NCBI GenBank assembly: GCA_965224705.1
Contig: OZ245056.1
Coordinates: 2,592,001-2,656,000 of the forward strand
Source of the DNA: Spirochaetaceae bacterium
GTDB lineage: Bacteria; Spirochaetota; Spirochaetia; DSM-2461
Direction: 5' to 3'
DNA length: 64,000 nt
Each line of letters begins with the position of its first letter. The first letter of the stretch is position 1. Below are positions 9,572-19,194 of this stretch, piece after piece. Both the position numbers and the translations under genes were made by a program. A model generated the notes under the pieces. That model made no database searches. It was not told the DNA's origin and saw only the letters and a program-made list of their open reading frames with translations.

Positions 9572-10500
9572 TATTGTCCCTCCTTCTGGAAAAGCCATGT
9601 ACTCAAATAACGTTCACCGGTGTCGCAGGCTATGGTAACGATATTCTTGTTTCTATATTTTTTCTGACTGCCTACCTGCATGGCCGCCGCTACATTGGAA
9701 CCCGATGATATGCCTGCGAAAATACCTTCCTCGCAGGCCAGACGACGGGTTATTCTTCCCGCTTCATCAGCTTCTATCTGTATTACTTCATCGATTAAAT
9801 CGACATCAAGAATGCCTGGAATGAATCCTGCGCCAATTCCCTGTATTTTATGAGGTCCCGGTGGATTGCCGGAAAGAACGGAGGATGCTGCAGGTTCGAC
9901 GGCTACCGAGTGGACATTGGCTGATTGTTTTTTCATGTATCGAGATACACCTGTAAAGGTTCCCCCGGTTCCCACACCTGCAACGAACACGGAAATTTCA
10001 CCATTGAGATCCCTGTATATTTCCGGTCCGGTTGTGGCCTCATGCCAGGCTGGATTGGCTTCATTGTCAAATTGCTTAAGACTGATGGCTTCTTTTATTG
10101 ATTCTGTTATCTCCTGGGCTTTCTTGATTGCGCCAGTCATTCCTTCATGAGCAGGCGTAAGGTGCAGGGTTGCTCCAAGGGCTGTCAATATTCGGAATCT
10201 TTCCATACTCATGGATTCCGGCATGGTCAGTGCAAGTCTATATCCACGCTGGGCACAGATAAAGGCCAGAGCAATGCCTGTATTTCCGCTGGTAGGTTCA
10301 ACAATGAGTGACTCTGGTCCCAGCAATCCTTTCTTCTCGGCGTCCCGTATCAATGCTGTTCCCAGTCTGTCCTTTACACTGCTCATCGGGTTGAGGGATT
10401 CCAGTTTCAAATAAATTGATGCGCCCACTTCATCTGAAATCGTACTCAGTTTGATCATGGGTGTATTCCCAATAAGCTCTGTCATGTTATTGACCAGCAT
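9571..10500 (-). CDS. cysK: Cysteine synthase A
   Basis: Motifs NPMSSVKDR, PTSGNTG, GVGTGGT and HKIQGIGAGFIP. Confidence 0.95.
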   Translation of the reverse strand: MLVNNMTELIGNTPMIKLSTISDEVGASIYLKLESLNPMSSVKDRLGTALIRDAEKKGLLGPESLIVEPTSGNTGIALAFICAQRGYRLALTMPESMSMERFRILTALGATLHLTPAHEGMTGAIKKAQEITESIKEAISLKQFDNEANPAWHEATTGPEIYRDLNGEISVFVAGVGTGGTFTGVSRYMKKQSANVHSVAVEPAASSVLSGNPPGPHKIQGIGAGFIPGILDVDLIDEVIQIEADEAGRITRRLACEEGIFAGISSGSNVAAAMQVGSQKKYRNKNIVTIACDTGERYLSTWLFQKEGQ

Positions 10501-10547
10501 GAATAACTCCTTGCAAGTTGATTATATCAAGTGTAATACTCATGATT

Positions 10548-11546
10548 TCAAGTAGCAAGTATCCTGCCAGGCCTATTATAAAACTCCCTGTAAACTTCCC
10601 ATGTACTGGAAAGAAGAGTCTCTGCATCACTGCGGTTTGCTGTCCATTTCAAAACTTCCCCGGCCCGTCTGGATGAGGCGATGAGTTTGGCCGGATCTCC
10701 CTTCCGGCGGGGGCCAACCTCGTATGGAATATCGACCCCGGTTATTCGAATGCCTTCCCTGACTACTTGAGCGACACTGATGCCGGATTCACTTCCGAGA
10801 TTTATTTTAATGCTCTTCTGTGTGCCTGTTATATACTTCATGGAGGAAACATGAGCATCAGCAAGATCAGAGACATGAACATAGTCACGAATGCAGGTGC
10901 CGTCCGGGGTATCGTAATCATCCCCATTGATTCTAAGACAGTCCCTTCTTCCTACGGCTGTTTCCATCAATATGGGTATCAGATTTTGTGGATCGTGTTC
11001 AGGTTCTGGTACACGGGATTGGATGTCATAGCCGGCAGCATTGAAGTAACGAAGTGAGGCGAATTTCATTCCCCAGAGTTCTTCATACCAGTCCATCAGA
11101 TTTTCAATCTCCAGTTTTGTGAATCCATAGAAGTTTTTCGGAGTTCTGGAATGATTTTCATCGATGGGCAGGTATTCTGGTTCACCGAAAATGGCTGCGG
11201 ATGAAGAAAATACAAGTGCCTGTATTCCAGTCTCATGCATTGTGTTGAGGATGTTTATTGTCCCTGAGATGTTATTCACAGAGTACTTGCCCGGGTTTTC
11301 CATTGATTCTCCGGCAGCTTTGAATGCTGCCAGATGAACAATCCCGTCCCAGCCCCTGGAAAATATGCTTCTCAGGCAATCGTTATCCAGGATATTTCCC
11401 TCATAGATTTCTATGTGCTCCGGAGTGTTTATCCGGCTGCCAGTGGAGAAATCGTCCAGGACAGCGATCTGGTCTCCATTATCCATAAAAGCATGGGCAA
11501 CATGACTTCCTATGTATCCTGCCCCGCCGATGATGAGAATTTTCAT
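10548..11546 (-). CDS. galE: UDP-glucose 4-epimerase
   Basis: Motifs GGAGYIGSH, YGFTK, LRYFNAAG and DGTCIRDYVHV. Confidence 0.93.
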   Translation of the reverse strand: MKILIIGGAGYIGSHVAHAFMDNGDQIAVLDDFSTGSRINTPEHIEIYEGNILDNDCLRSIFSRGWDGIVHLAAFKAAGESMENPGKYSVNNISGTINILNTMHETGIQALVFSSSAAIFGEPEYLPIDENHSRTPKNFYGFTKLEIENLMDWYEELWGMKFASLRYFNAAGYDIQSRVPEPEHDPQNLIPILMETAVGRRDCLRINGDDYDTPDGTCIRDYVHVSDLADAHVSSMKYITGTQKSIKINLGSESGISVAQVVREGIRITGVDIPYEVGPRRKGDPAKLIASSRRAGEVLKWTANRSDAETLLSSTWEVYREFYNRPGRILAT

Positions 11547-11745
11547 TTTTTTTCCTTGTTTTACAGCAGAAGTAACTCCTCAAACTACATGCTGCAATGG
11601 TATTGGATTAAGTCACCGGTTTACAGGGGGGACTCGTTTTTCTTTATATACAGGCTTCCTGACACTGCGGAAGTGATATCTTCCCATGAACCCTGCACCT
11701 GAGACCGGCAGCATGAGATCTGTTGATTCTCAAAACCGGGAATAA

Positions 11746-12102
11746 TTATTTTACCCCTAATTTCTCCTCAATGATTTTTTCCAGAGAAGCCTTTGTTTGA
11801 GCCCCGGCGGACATCGTTGGCTGTCCTTTGACAGGGATAAACATCAGGGTTGGTATACTCGATATGTTGTATTGCATCGCCAACTCCTGCTGAGTATCAG
11901 TATCAACTTTCCATACATTGAGTTTACCAGCGAATTTAGAGGCGAGTTCATCGATAATAGGGGCTATCATTTTACAGGGGCCGCACCAGTCAGCATAAAA
12001 ATCAATCAAACCAGGAACATCACCTTTGTAGTTCCATTCCCCTCCAGTGCTGTAATCATGAATCTTTTCCTTAAATCCATCCGCTGTAAGCAGTTCTGCC
12101 AT
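11746..12102 (-). CDS. trxA: Thioredoxin
   Basis: WCGPC active site and SIPT motif. ATG at 12102 follows an AAGGAG RBS. Confidence 0.93.
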   Translation of the reverse strand: MAELLTADGFKEKIHDYSTGGEWNYKGDVPGLIDFYADWCGPCKMIAPIIDELASKFAGKLNVWKVDTDTQQELAMQYNISSIPTLMFIPVKGQPTMSAGAQTKASLEKIIEEKLGVK

Positions 12103-12453
12103 TGAAAGCTCCTTTGATGCTATTGCACCTTGTGTGTTGTATATCAATATATCTATATATGGATATAATGGCAAGGTCTGGATGGATTTTCTTCACAGAC
12201 CCAGGAGGAAATTGTATTCTGAATACACCCCGACCCTTATCGCTGCTGGAGGTGGAAGGTGTGTCTGCTTTGCTGAATCACAACTATCAATGAGTATTGA
12301 ACGACTATATTGGGCAAGGATCTTCATCTAACCGAATTCAGATGAAACCAGGTCATAACAAGCTTTCTGACACTGTGGATGCCTGGGGCAGTGAGTATTT
12401 TTCTGACCGGTTGTGCTGAGATGGCCGCAGTGATTTTTAGGAGTGGATTGTCC

Positions 12454-13098
12454 ATGAATTCCATGAGAAATATTGAAATTCCGCCATTATATCAGAGGTA
12501 TTTTATAGATAGATCTGATGAAAGGAGAATTCTTTTTGAGAAAATTACTGCTCTTTATCGGCCTCAAAGAGGGATTTATCCCGGAAGTTTTGTGCACATC
12601 ACGCCTTCGTTTTACATAAAGGATATGACTTATATTGATTCTGACAAAAGAATAAAAAGGTTTTTTGCAGATGAAAACGTAATGAGCTACATTGAATCCA
12701 ATAAGCTTTACAGCGAAACTGCTGTTGTCAATGGAATTCAGGCAGATTATTCGGCTGAGCTTCCTCTGGAAAATAATACCTTTGACATCATGTTTTCATT
12801 CTATGCAGGTTTCATTTCTCAATCCTGTAAAAAATATTTGAAATCCGGTGGTGTCCTTGTATGCAATAACAGCCATGGTGATGCCAGCATTGCCTCTCTG
12901 GACAGGGAGTATGAACTGACAGGAGTTGTGAAGAGAAATGGGAACAGGTTCAGTATCACGAACAAGGATCTGCATACGTATTTCATCAAAAAGGATGGAA
13001 GTGCGGTTGATCGAGTGAAAGTTGAATCAAGAATGACAGGAGAGCGCTTTACTCGAAAAGGCTACGCATATGTATTTAAGTATACCCATCGCAAATAG
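12454..13098 (+). CDS. Class I SAM-dependent methyltransferase-like protein
   Basis: Motifs YPGS, YID, ADY..LP..FD and LKSGG. AGGAG lies upstream of ATG 12454. Confidence 0.6.
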   Translation: MNSMRNIEIPPLYQRYFIDRSDERRILFEKITALYRPQRGIYPGSFVHITPSFYIKDMTYIDSDKRIKRFFADENVMSYIESNKLYSETAVVNGIQADYSAELPLENNTFDIMFSFYAGFISQSCKKYLKSGGVLVCNNSHGDASIASLDREYELTGVVKRNGNRFSITNKDLHTYFIKKDGSAVDRVKVESRMTGERFTRKGYAYVFKYTHRK

Positions 13099-13099
13099 A

Positions 13100-13209
13100 T
13101 GAGTGCCGGACGGTTGGCCGTGATTGGTATCCGGGGTGATGAAAACAAAGCCGTCAGAGGCGGCTATTGACTTTTCCGGCAGTGTTACCTGCAGATCGTG
13201 AATCTTCAA
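13100..13209 (-). pseudogene. Remnant of an NAD(P)H-dependent FMN reductase gene
   Basis: IAASDGFVFITPDTNHG resembles the family motif I..ADGFVFVTPEYNHG. The rest of the gene is absent. Confidence 0.55.
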
Positions 13210-13227
13210 TCCAGGTTCAACAGGCGG

Positions 13228-13599
13228 TCACACGTGCTGGTCGAACAGAATTGTATTACCATCCGGGTCGAGCACAACAAAGCTTGCAGGCCCTTCAGTA
13301 CCTTCATCCGCTTCACTCTCGAATTTCAATCCCTGTGCCTTAAGAGTCTGCTGGATTTTGCGAATATCCGTGAATGATTCCAGGCGATTCGCATCCTGAT
13401 TCCATCCCGGATTGAATGTCAATATGTTTTCCTTGAACATGCCCTGAAACAGTCCGATGACATGATCCTGATTCTTCATGATCAGCCAATTCTGATCTGC
13501 GTCCCCACTAAATACCTGGAAACCGAGTTTCTCATAAAAAGTTCTGGAATTCTCCAGGTTTTTAACAGTTAAACTGACCGAAAATGCCCCTAATTCCAT
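13228..13599 (-). CDS. VOC/glyoxalase family protein
   Basis: Motifs V.NLE.SR.FYEKLGF and DPDGNTILFDQH. GGAGG RBS present. Confidence 0.9.
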   Translation of the reverse strand: MELGAFSVSLTVKNLENSRTFYEKLGFQVFSGDADQNWLIMKNQDHVIGLFQGMFKENILTFNPGWNQDANRLESFTDIRKIQQTLKAQGLKFESEADEGTEGPASFVVLDPDGNTILFDQHV

Positions 13600-13617
13600 A
13601 TCAATCCTCCTGGGAGT

Positions 13618-13743
13618 CTGGGAGTCTGTCGGATTTACGCCTTGCGGCTCGATTTTTGCCCGCCTGTTGGCGGACAGGTCGCCTTGTATCGGAAAAAATC
13701 ATCGAAAATCGCCTCGAAGTCTTAAAGTCCGACAGACTCCTGG
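13618..13743. mobile_element. MITE copy A (126 bp including CTGG flanks), IS5-family-like ends
   Basis: Terminal inverted repeats GGAGTCTGTCGGATTT...AAAGTCCGACAGACTCC. Sub-terminal sequence is shared with the copies at 18721 and 32194. Confidence 0.8.
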
Positions 13744-13806
13744 TTAAAGAAGGTTCATAGACTTTTTGATCGGCCATGCATCCTGGCCGGAAAACTATTG
13801 CTCCTG

Positions 13807-14127
13807 TTATTCGACTGCAACAATCCGGCTCAGTGCAACAGACCGCTTACGGCCTCCTACTTCCACCTGCACTTTGTCCGCAAAGATGCCTATCACTTCT
13901 GCTTTGAGTAATTGCCCGCCCGGGGTGCTCTGGTAGAAGGAAATCTTTTGATGAATCTTTATTTTATCTCTTAACTTACGAGAATTCAATTCAGCTTTTT
14001 TGAGAGATTCCTCTCTTTCTTTCAGGCGGATTTTTACTGCAATTTCAGTCTTCAGTATCTTCAGCTCATCGACACTCAATGGACTCAGTATGGACTCAAA
14101 TTTCAATAACTTTCTTGGTCTGGACAT
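13807..14127 (-). CDS. Small basic hypothetical protein (N-terminal coiled coil, C-terminal beta-rich domain)
   Basis: 106-aa ORF with a GGGAGAG RBS and its own sigma70-like promoter. Confidence 0.75.
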   Translation of the reverse strand: MSRPRKLLKFESILSPLSVDELKILKTEIAVKIRLKEREESLKKAELNSRKLRDKIKIHQKISFYQSTPGGQLLKAEVIGIFADKVQVEVGGRKRSVALSRIVAVE

Positions 14128-14166
14128 TTATATCTCTCCCTAAAATATGTTCTTTTAATTTTAATC

Positions 14167-14195
14167 ATGTTAAGAATATTAAACCGTGTTGTCAA
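14167..14195 (-). promoter_or_regulatory. Sigma70-type promoter for the 13807..14127 gene
   Basis: TTGACA-N17-TAACAT on the minus strand. Confidence 0.6.
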
Positions 14196-14235
14196 GTTAT
14201 TCGCCGTTTAAATCTTAAAAACATCAGAAAGTATG

Positions 14236-15699
14236 CTAATTTTCCAGTGATTTCATCCCTCTCATCTGTTCTCTCAGTGTTTTACCAATCCTTTCAATTG
14301 GATGACTACGAATAGCATTGTTGACACTGATGAGTTCTTTATCAGAAATAGCTGTATCCTGTCGGTATAATTGCCCTAAATCACCGACATCTAACTGCCT
14401 GGTAAAATCTTTTAAAAGAGGCATTGCATCCTGAGTGAACAGATAATTCCCATATTCGGCTGTATCAGAGATAACTCGATTCATTTCATAGAGCTTTTTT
14501 CTACTGATGAGGTTTGCAATGAGAGGTAATTCGTGGAGGGATTCGTAGTAGGCAGATTCTTCCTTTATTCCTGACTCAACCATTACTTCAAAGGCAGATT
14601 CTATCCCTGCTTTGACCATGGCGACCATTGCTGTACCCTCGTCAAAATATGTCTGATATGGAAGTCTGTCAGCATCCGAAGTCTTTTCAAATGCCGTTTC
14701 ACCCGTTTCCTGCCTCCATGCAAGAAGATCCTTATCACCAGCCGCCCAGTCTTTCATCATTGTTTCTGAAAAACTTCCTGACAGGATATTGTCCATGTGC
14801 TTACGAAAGAGATTGAGCATGATAGTTTTCAGTTGAATTGAAAGTTCATGGGCACGGATTTTAGCTGTATTTGAGAGGCGATCCATCATGTGTGTGATGC
14901 CGCCATGTTTCAGAGCTTCAGTAATACTCTCCCAGCCGAATTGAACTAATGAGGCAGCTTTGCGTTCGTCAACACCGCTTGCCAGCATTTTGTCATAGCA
15001 GAGAAGAGTTCCGGTCTGCAGCATTCCGCAGAGAATAGTCTGCTCACCCATAAGGTCGGATTTCACCTCTGCGACAAAGGAAGAGGCCAATACTCCAGCA
15101 CGATCAGAACCCAGGCCTGCAGCATAGGCCCTGGCGATATCCCAGCCCTTATTGACCGGGTCGTTTACAGGATGGACGGCAATGAGAGTCGGGGTACCAA
15201 AGCCGCGCTTATATTCTTCACGAACCTCTGAGCCCGGGCCTTTGGGGGCAATCATTATTACGGTAATATCATCCCGGATTTTCATACCTTCCTCAACGAT
15301 GTTGAAACCATGGGAATAGCCAAGTGCCGATCCCTTTTTCATCAGAGGGATAATCCTTGACACCACCGCACTATGCTGCTTATCAGGAGTAAGATTCATT
15401 ACAAGATCGGCCATCGGTATGAGTTCTTCAAAAGTTCCCACTTCAAATTTGTTCTCAGCAGCATTTTTCCATGACAGCCGCTTTTCAGAAATTGATTCAT
15501 TGCGCAGTGCATAAGCAACATTCAACCCACTGTCGCGAAGATTAAGGCCCTGATTCAGACCCTGAGCTCCGCATCCCAGGATTACAATTCGCCAATCTTT
15601 GATTGCTGTTGTGCCGTTAAATTCACCTGCATCCATAAATCGGCAGGTACCGAGCTGCTGTACTTTTTCCCTGAAAGGAAGAGCATTAAAGTAATTCAT
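14236..15699 (-). CDS. ilvC: Ketol-acid reductoisomerase, long (class II) form
   Basis: Starts MNYFN. Motifs [24 protein letters not shown] and [12 protein letters not shown], with a duplicated knot domain. Confidence 0.95.
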   Translation of the reverse strand: MNYFNALPFREKVQQLGTCRFMDAGEFNGTTAIKDWRIVILGCGAQGLNQGLNLRDSGLNVAYALRNESISEKRLSWKNAAENKFEVGTFEELIPMADLVMNLTPDKQHSAVVSRIIPLMKKGSALGYSHGFNIVEEGMKIRDDITVIMIAPKGPGSEVREEYKRGFGTPTLIAVHPVNDPVNKGWDIARAYAAGLGSDRAGVLASSFVAEVKSDLMGEQTILCGMLQTGTLLCYDKMLASGVDERKAASLVQFGWESITEALKHGGITHMMDRLSNTAKIRAHELSIQLKTIMLNLFRKHMDNILSGSFSETMMKDWAAGDKDLLAWRQETGETAFEKTSDADRLPYQTYFDEGTAMVAMVKAGIESAFEVMVESGIKEESAYYESLHELPLIANLISRKKLYEMNRVISDTAEYGNYLFTQDAMPLLKDFTRQLDVGDLGQLYRQDTAISDKELISVNNAIRSHPIERIGKTLREQMRGMKSLEN

Positions 15700-15746
15700 T
15701 GAGTTTCTCCAGATGTGCCAAGAATAGAATGACTTCCGCCTGGGAG

Positions 15747-16739
15747 TCAATTCCCAATCGTGGCCAATATCACTGATTTTATCGTGTGCATTCGGTTTTC
15801 CGCCTGATCAAAAACCACGGATCGACTGGAGCGAAAGACCTCATCACTCACCTCCATGGAGTCTATATTGTGGTCAATTGCAGCCTTTCTACCAATTTCT
15901 GTTTCCTCATCATGGAATGCAGGCAGACAGTGCATGAACAGGGTCTCGGAATTTCCAGTCTTTTCCATAATATTTTTATCAACCTTATATGGTTTGAGCA
16001 TAGCTATTCTTTCGGCCAATCGGTCTTCTTCCCCCAGGGATGCCCAGACATCCGTGTAGATGGCATCAGCACCTTTGATCCCCTCGAATACATCATCGGT
16101 TATTGTGATCTCTGCCCCGGTTTCGCTGGCAACCTGCCGGGTATAGTCTATGATGTCTTTGGCTGGAAACAGAGATGGCGGTGCAATGGCTGTCAATGTC
16201 ATGCCTGTTTGAGCGGCACCAATAAGCAGGGAATTCCCCATGTTGTTGTGCGCATCACCGATGAATACAAGTTTCATACTCCTGAATGATTTTGAGGTGT
16301 GCTCACGCAGCGTCATGAGATCTGCCAGAACCTGGGTTGGATGATAGAGATCGGTCAGGCCGTTCCAGACGGGAACTCCTGAAAATTCTGCCAGAGTTTC
16401 AACTGTTTTTTGATGAAATCCTCTGAACTCAATTCCATCGTAGTATCGGCCAAGGACTCTGGCTGTGTCTTCAATGGATTCTTTCCTTCCCATTTGACTG
16501 TTGGTAAGAAAGGTTACACATCCTCCTTCATCATACACCGCCACTTCAAAAGCACACCGGGTACGTGTGGATGCTTTCTCAAAAATGAGTATGATATTCT
16601 TTCCTTTCAGTCCCTCTCCACGGATGCCTGAGCGTTTTTTCGACTTCAAATCAACAGCAGAATCGATAAGAAAGATAATCTCTTCCGGTGTGAAGTCCCG
16701 GAGGGTCAATAAAGATCTTCCTCTCAGGTTGATTGACAT
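15747..16739 (-). CDS. argF: Ornithine carbamoyltransferase
   Basis: Motifs STRTR, HPTQ, YTDVW, HCLP and AENRMH. Confidence 0.93.
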   Translation of the reverse strand: MSINLRGRSLLTLRDFTPEEIIFLIDSAVDLKSKKRSGIRGEGLKGKNIILIFEKASTRTRCAFEVAVYDEGGCVTFLTNSQMGRKESIEDTARVLGRYYDGIEFRGFHQKTVETLAEFSGVPVWNGLTDLYHPTQVLADLMTLREHTSKSFRSMKLVFIGDAHNNMGNSLLIGAAQTGMTLTAIAPPSLFPAKDIIDYTRQVASETGAEITITDDVFEGIKGADAIYTDVWASLGEEDRLAERIAMLKPYKVDKNIMEKTGNSETLFMHCLPAFHDEETEIGRKAAIDHNIDSMEVSDEVFRSSRSVVFDQAENRMHTIKSVILATIGN

Positions 16740-16855
16740 GGCTGATACCTCTCATTCGGGAATGCTGTGAGACTTCTAATGAAGCAGGTTTATTCAAAAA
16801 TCTATGGTCATTCTATAAAACATGTATATCATGTACAATAAATCAGGGTGTAAAA

Positions 16856-17233
16856 ATGAATAGAAATTTCAAAAAACTGTTGGTATATGGCGGGCTTATC
16901 TCAGGGTTGTTATTGTTAACGGTTATAGCAGCGTTCATAGTTTTTCAAACCGGAGCAGCAGATGTTTCCATTCTGGTCAGGTCATTGATTACTGGCTGTG
17001 TGGTGGCTGGCCTGTATATACCATTTCTCTCATGGTTGTTTACGAGGTCGACAGCAATGAAACAGTATGCGGGTATTCCTCTTGAAGAAATAGTACTGAA
17101 TGAGGAACACCTTACAGAGGCTGTTTCATACTGGGTGTATATCAGATATAGAAAACACCTGGAAGGACGGATTCAGTTTCTGGAGGATAATGCAGGGAAT
17201 GTTACCTGCCGGGCAACTGTCCGGAAAGAATAA
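16856..17233 (+). CDS. Hypothetical membrane protein (2 TM helices)
   Basis: Two hydrophobic segments follow MNRNFKK. Confidence 0.65.
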   Translation: MNRNFKKLLVYGGLISGLLLLTVIAAFIVFQTGAADVSILVRSLITGCVVAGLYIPFLSWLFTRSTAMKQYAGIPLEEIVLNEEHLTEAVSYWVYIRYRKHLEGRIQFLEDNAGNVTCRATVRKE

Positions 17234-17439
17234 GCGTAAGAATAGCCGTATGCCGTGGAAGTGAACCGGTATGCAGGCACAAAACAGTTCGATTTCCTCT
17301 ATCGGTAAAGCAGGAGCCGATTCTTCCGGACAGATCAACCCTGGTTTGAGCAGTCTGATTATATTCTTCATACACCCTCCCAGGGAGTTTTACTTAAGAT
17401 TCTAACCTGGATTGAAGGATATTCCTGGATCGCTGGGGC

Positions 17440-17473
17440 AGGGTGGATGATTTCTTTAGCCTGGGGAATTTCT
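17440..17473 (+). repeat. 34-bp direct repeat, left copy
   Basis: AGGGTGGATGATTTCTTTAGCCTGGGGAATTTCT, identical to 19096..19129. Confidence 0.9.
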
Positions 17474-17478
17474 GGGTA

Positions 17479-17509
17479 TTGACAAATATTTTGAAACTTG
17501 TTATATAAG
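17479..17509 (+). promoter_or_regulatory. Sigma70-type promoter for the 17634/17930 gene pair
   Basis: TTGACA at 17479, followed 17 nt later by TATATA(AG). Confidence 0.6.
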
Positions 17510-17633
17510 TAGTGTAGGTGACATTCCTACATGGGGAGAATGGCTTCTCATGTAGCTGAAGAGTGTTTAGTTGAAAAATGCGCTTACAACGAACGCATTG
17601 AAGTATCGTTAGAATTCAAGGAGTAAAGATGTA

Positions 17634-17927
17634 ATGGAGAATTGGTTTGTTAAAACCGAGCCTAAGGAGGGAGAAAGGGAATTAGATACTATTGTGGCAG
17701 GAGCGCTTCAAGGCTGTTCAACGCGCCTGCGCGTCCAAGAAGTATTCTCCAAGTTTGAAATTAAAGACAATTCCAAGAAAATCAAATTGTTGCGCCAGGC
17801 CATGGGAAATCCGGAAACCTTCTATTCCCATGAACTTTCTGATGAAGACAAGCTTCAGCGGGAAATATCCATGCTTATCACCCATGCCTGGAAATTGAAT
17901 GAGGCCTATGCAAAAGCCGGTTTTTAG
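17634..17927 (+). CDS. Hypothetical 97-aa protein, partner of the downstream metallopeptidase
   Basis: AAGGAG RBS. Ends 2 nt before the next ATG. Confidence 0.75.
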   Translation: MENWFVKTEPKEGERELDTIVAGALQGCSTRLRVQEVFSKFEIKDNSKKIKLLRQAMGNPETFYSHELSDEDKLQREISMLITHAWKLNEAYAKAGF

Positions 17928-17929
17928 AA

Positions 17930-18490
17930 ATGCCATTTGCTGTAACGGAGGGACTTCTTGGTAAGATAGCAGAGAAGTTGGGGATAAAAGTCGCACGTGT
18001 CAAAAAAATCAATAACCATTTCCAGAAAACTTTCCTGAGGGATGATGAGCATGGACTTGAAAACCAGTACCTAGCTCATCTTATTCGTTCTATGGAGAGT
18101 GTTCTCCGAAAAAAAACCAACAACTGGCTTTTCCAAATCCTTGTTCAAAAACTCCCCGAGGATGACCCAAAACTTGCTGTTGGAACAGGGCAATATCAGA
18201 AAAACCGGTTCTTCGTTGTATACTACCATCCCCGCATTGATCCGAAACAATTAAGAGTAGGCCTTGCCCATGAACTGGGCCATCTATATCTGACGGCTCT
18301 TATGGATCAGGAACAACCCAAAGAAGCAACAGAGGGACTCGCTTCAACCTTTGGCTGCCTGGCCATCATCGACAAGAACTGGTTCTACCAGGATAAGTGC
18401 AAAGATTTTCTACATTCCGATGCTTTAAGCATTGTGGATGATTTTGCTCAGTTGAACAATCGAAAGAAGGGAAAGTTTAACATCTCCTGA
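17930..18490 (+). CDS. ImmA/IrrE-like (DUF955-type) HExxH metallopeptidase
   Basis: R..LAHELGH followed by E..A..F, the ImmA/IrrE zinc-peptidase signature. Confidence 0.72.
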   Translation: MPFAVTEGLLGKIAEKLGIKVARVKKINNHFQKTFLRDDEHGLENQYLAHLIRSMESVLRKKTNNWLFQILVQKLPEDDPKLAVGTGQYQKNRFFVVYYHPRIDPKQLRVGLAHELGHLYLTALMDQEQPKEATEGLASTFGCLAIIDKNWFYQDKCKDFLHSDALSIVDDFAQLNNRKKGKFNIS

Positions 18491-18720
18491 AGCTAATCTT
18501 TCATGTCGATGGACATTGTGCTTAGGAAGTGTCATTGTTCATTTCGACAGGCTGAAAAGGCCGGACTTACTTCGAATTCTTCAGGCACCCGGCCATCTTT
18601 GGCCGAAGCCGAGTCAATAAGACTCCATTTGAAAACACGAGCAATAAACGGCGCTTTTTACCGACAGCGGCCATTACACCGAAGCCCAACAAGCTCAAAG
18701 TTACCGCTCTACTCTCAACT

Positions 18721-18889
18721 CTAGGAGCCTGTCGGATTTACGTCTCACGGCTCGATTTTTGCCCTTTTTCCCTGCTGCTGCGTTGCCAAAATACTCACGT
18801 AGTCCAGCTACGCTCCGTTTTTGTCGCCTTGCATCAGGAAAAAATCATCAAAAATCGCCTCGAAGCCTTAAAATCCGACAGACTCCTAG
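18721..18889. mobile_element. MITE copy B (169 bp including CTAG flanks)
   Basis: CTAG-GAGCCTGTCGGATTT...AAATCCGACAGACTC-CTAG. Confidence 0.85.
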
Positions 18890-19095
18890 CTGTCCAAGTC
18901 CCGCCGAAAGCAGATCCACGACAGATGGTGTTCCCTCGCTAAGACGGATTACCTGACATCAACCCATCTACTGGCGAGGGCGGGTCGGGAAAAGTTCCAG
19001 CTTCGCCTGGCTGGGGGCTGGATTTATAGGCATGAAAGAACCCAATGAAGTAGAAATTCCCCAAACGCCTCCGACATCCCCCTTACTCCAGCAAA

Positions 19096-19129
19096 AGGGT
19101 GGATGATTTCTTTAGCCTGGGGAATTTCT
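19096..19129 (+). repeat. 34-bp direct repeat, right copy
   Basis: Identical to 17440..17473. Confidence 0.9.
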
Positions 19130-19137
19130 TATAGAAG

Positions 19138-19166
19138 TTGATATTACTGCAATGATTGTATAGAAT
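19138..19166 (+). promoter_or_regulatory. Promoter of lipoprotein copy 1 with palindromic spacer
   Basis: TTGATA-N17-TAGAAT. Spacer contains TGCAATgATTGTA. Confidence 0.65.
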
Positions 19167-19194
19167 TGAGTAATAAATGGGGAATACTTAAATC

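Noticed and set aside
17126..17371. 81-aa minus-strand ORF with a GGAGG RBS
   Set aside because: It overlaps the convergent membrane-protein gene by 108 nt and has no recognisable motif, so it cannot be supported.
18890..19095. Possible degraded P-loop fragment (GEGGSGK) between MITE B and the 34-bp repeat
   Set aside because: A short match with no supporting ORF, so it could be chance.
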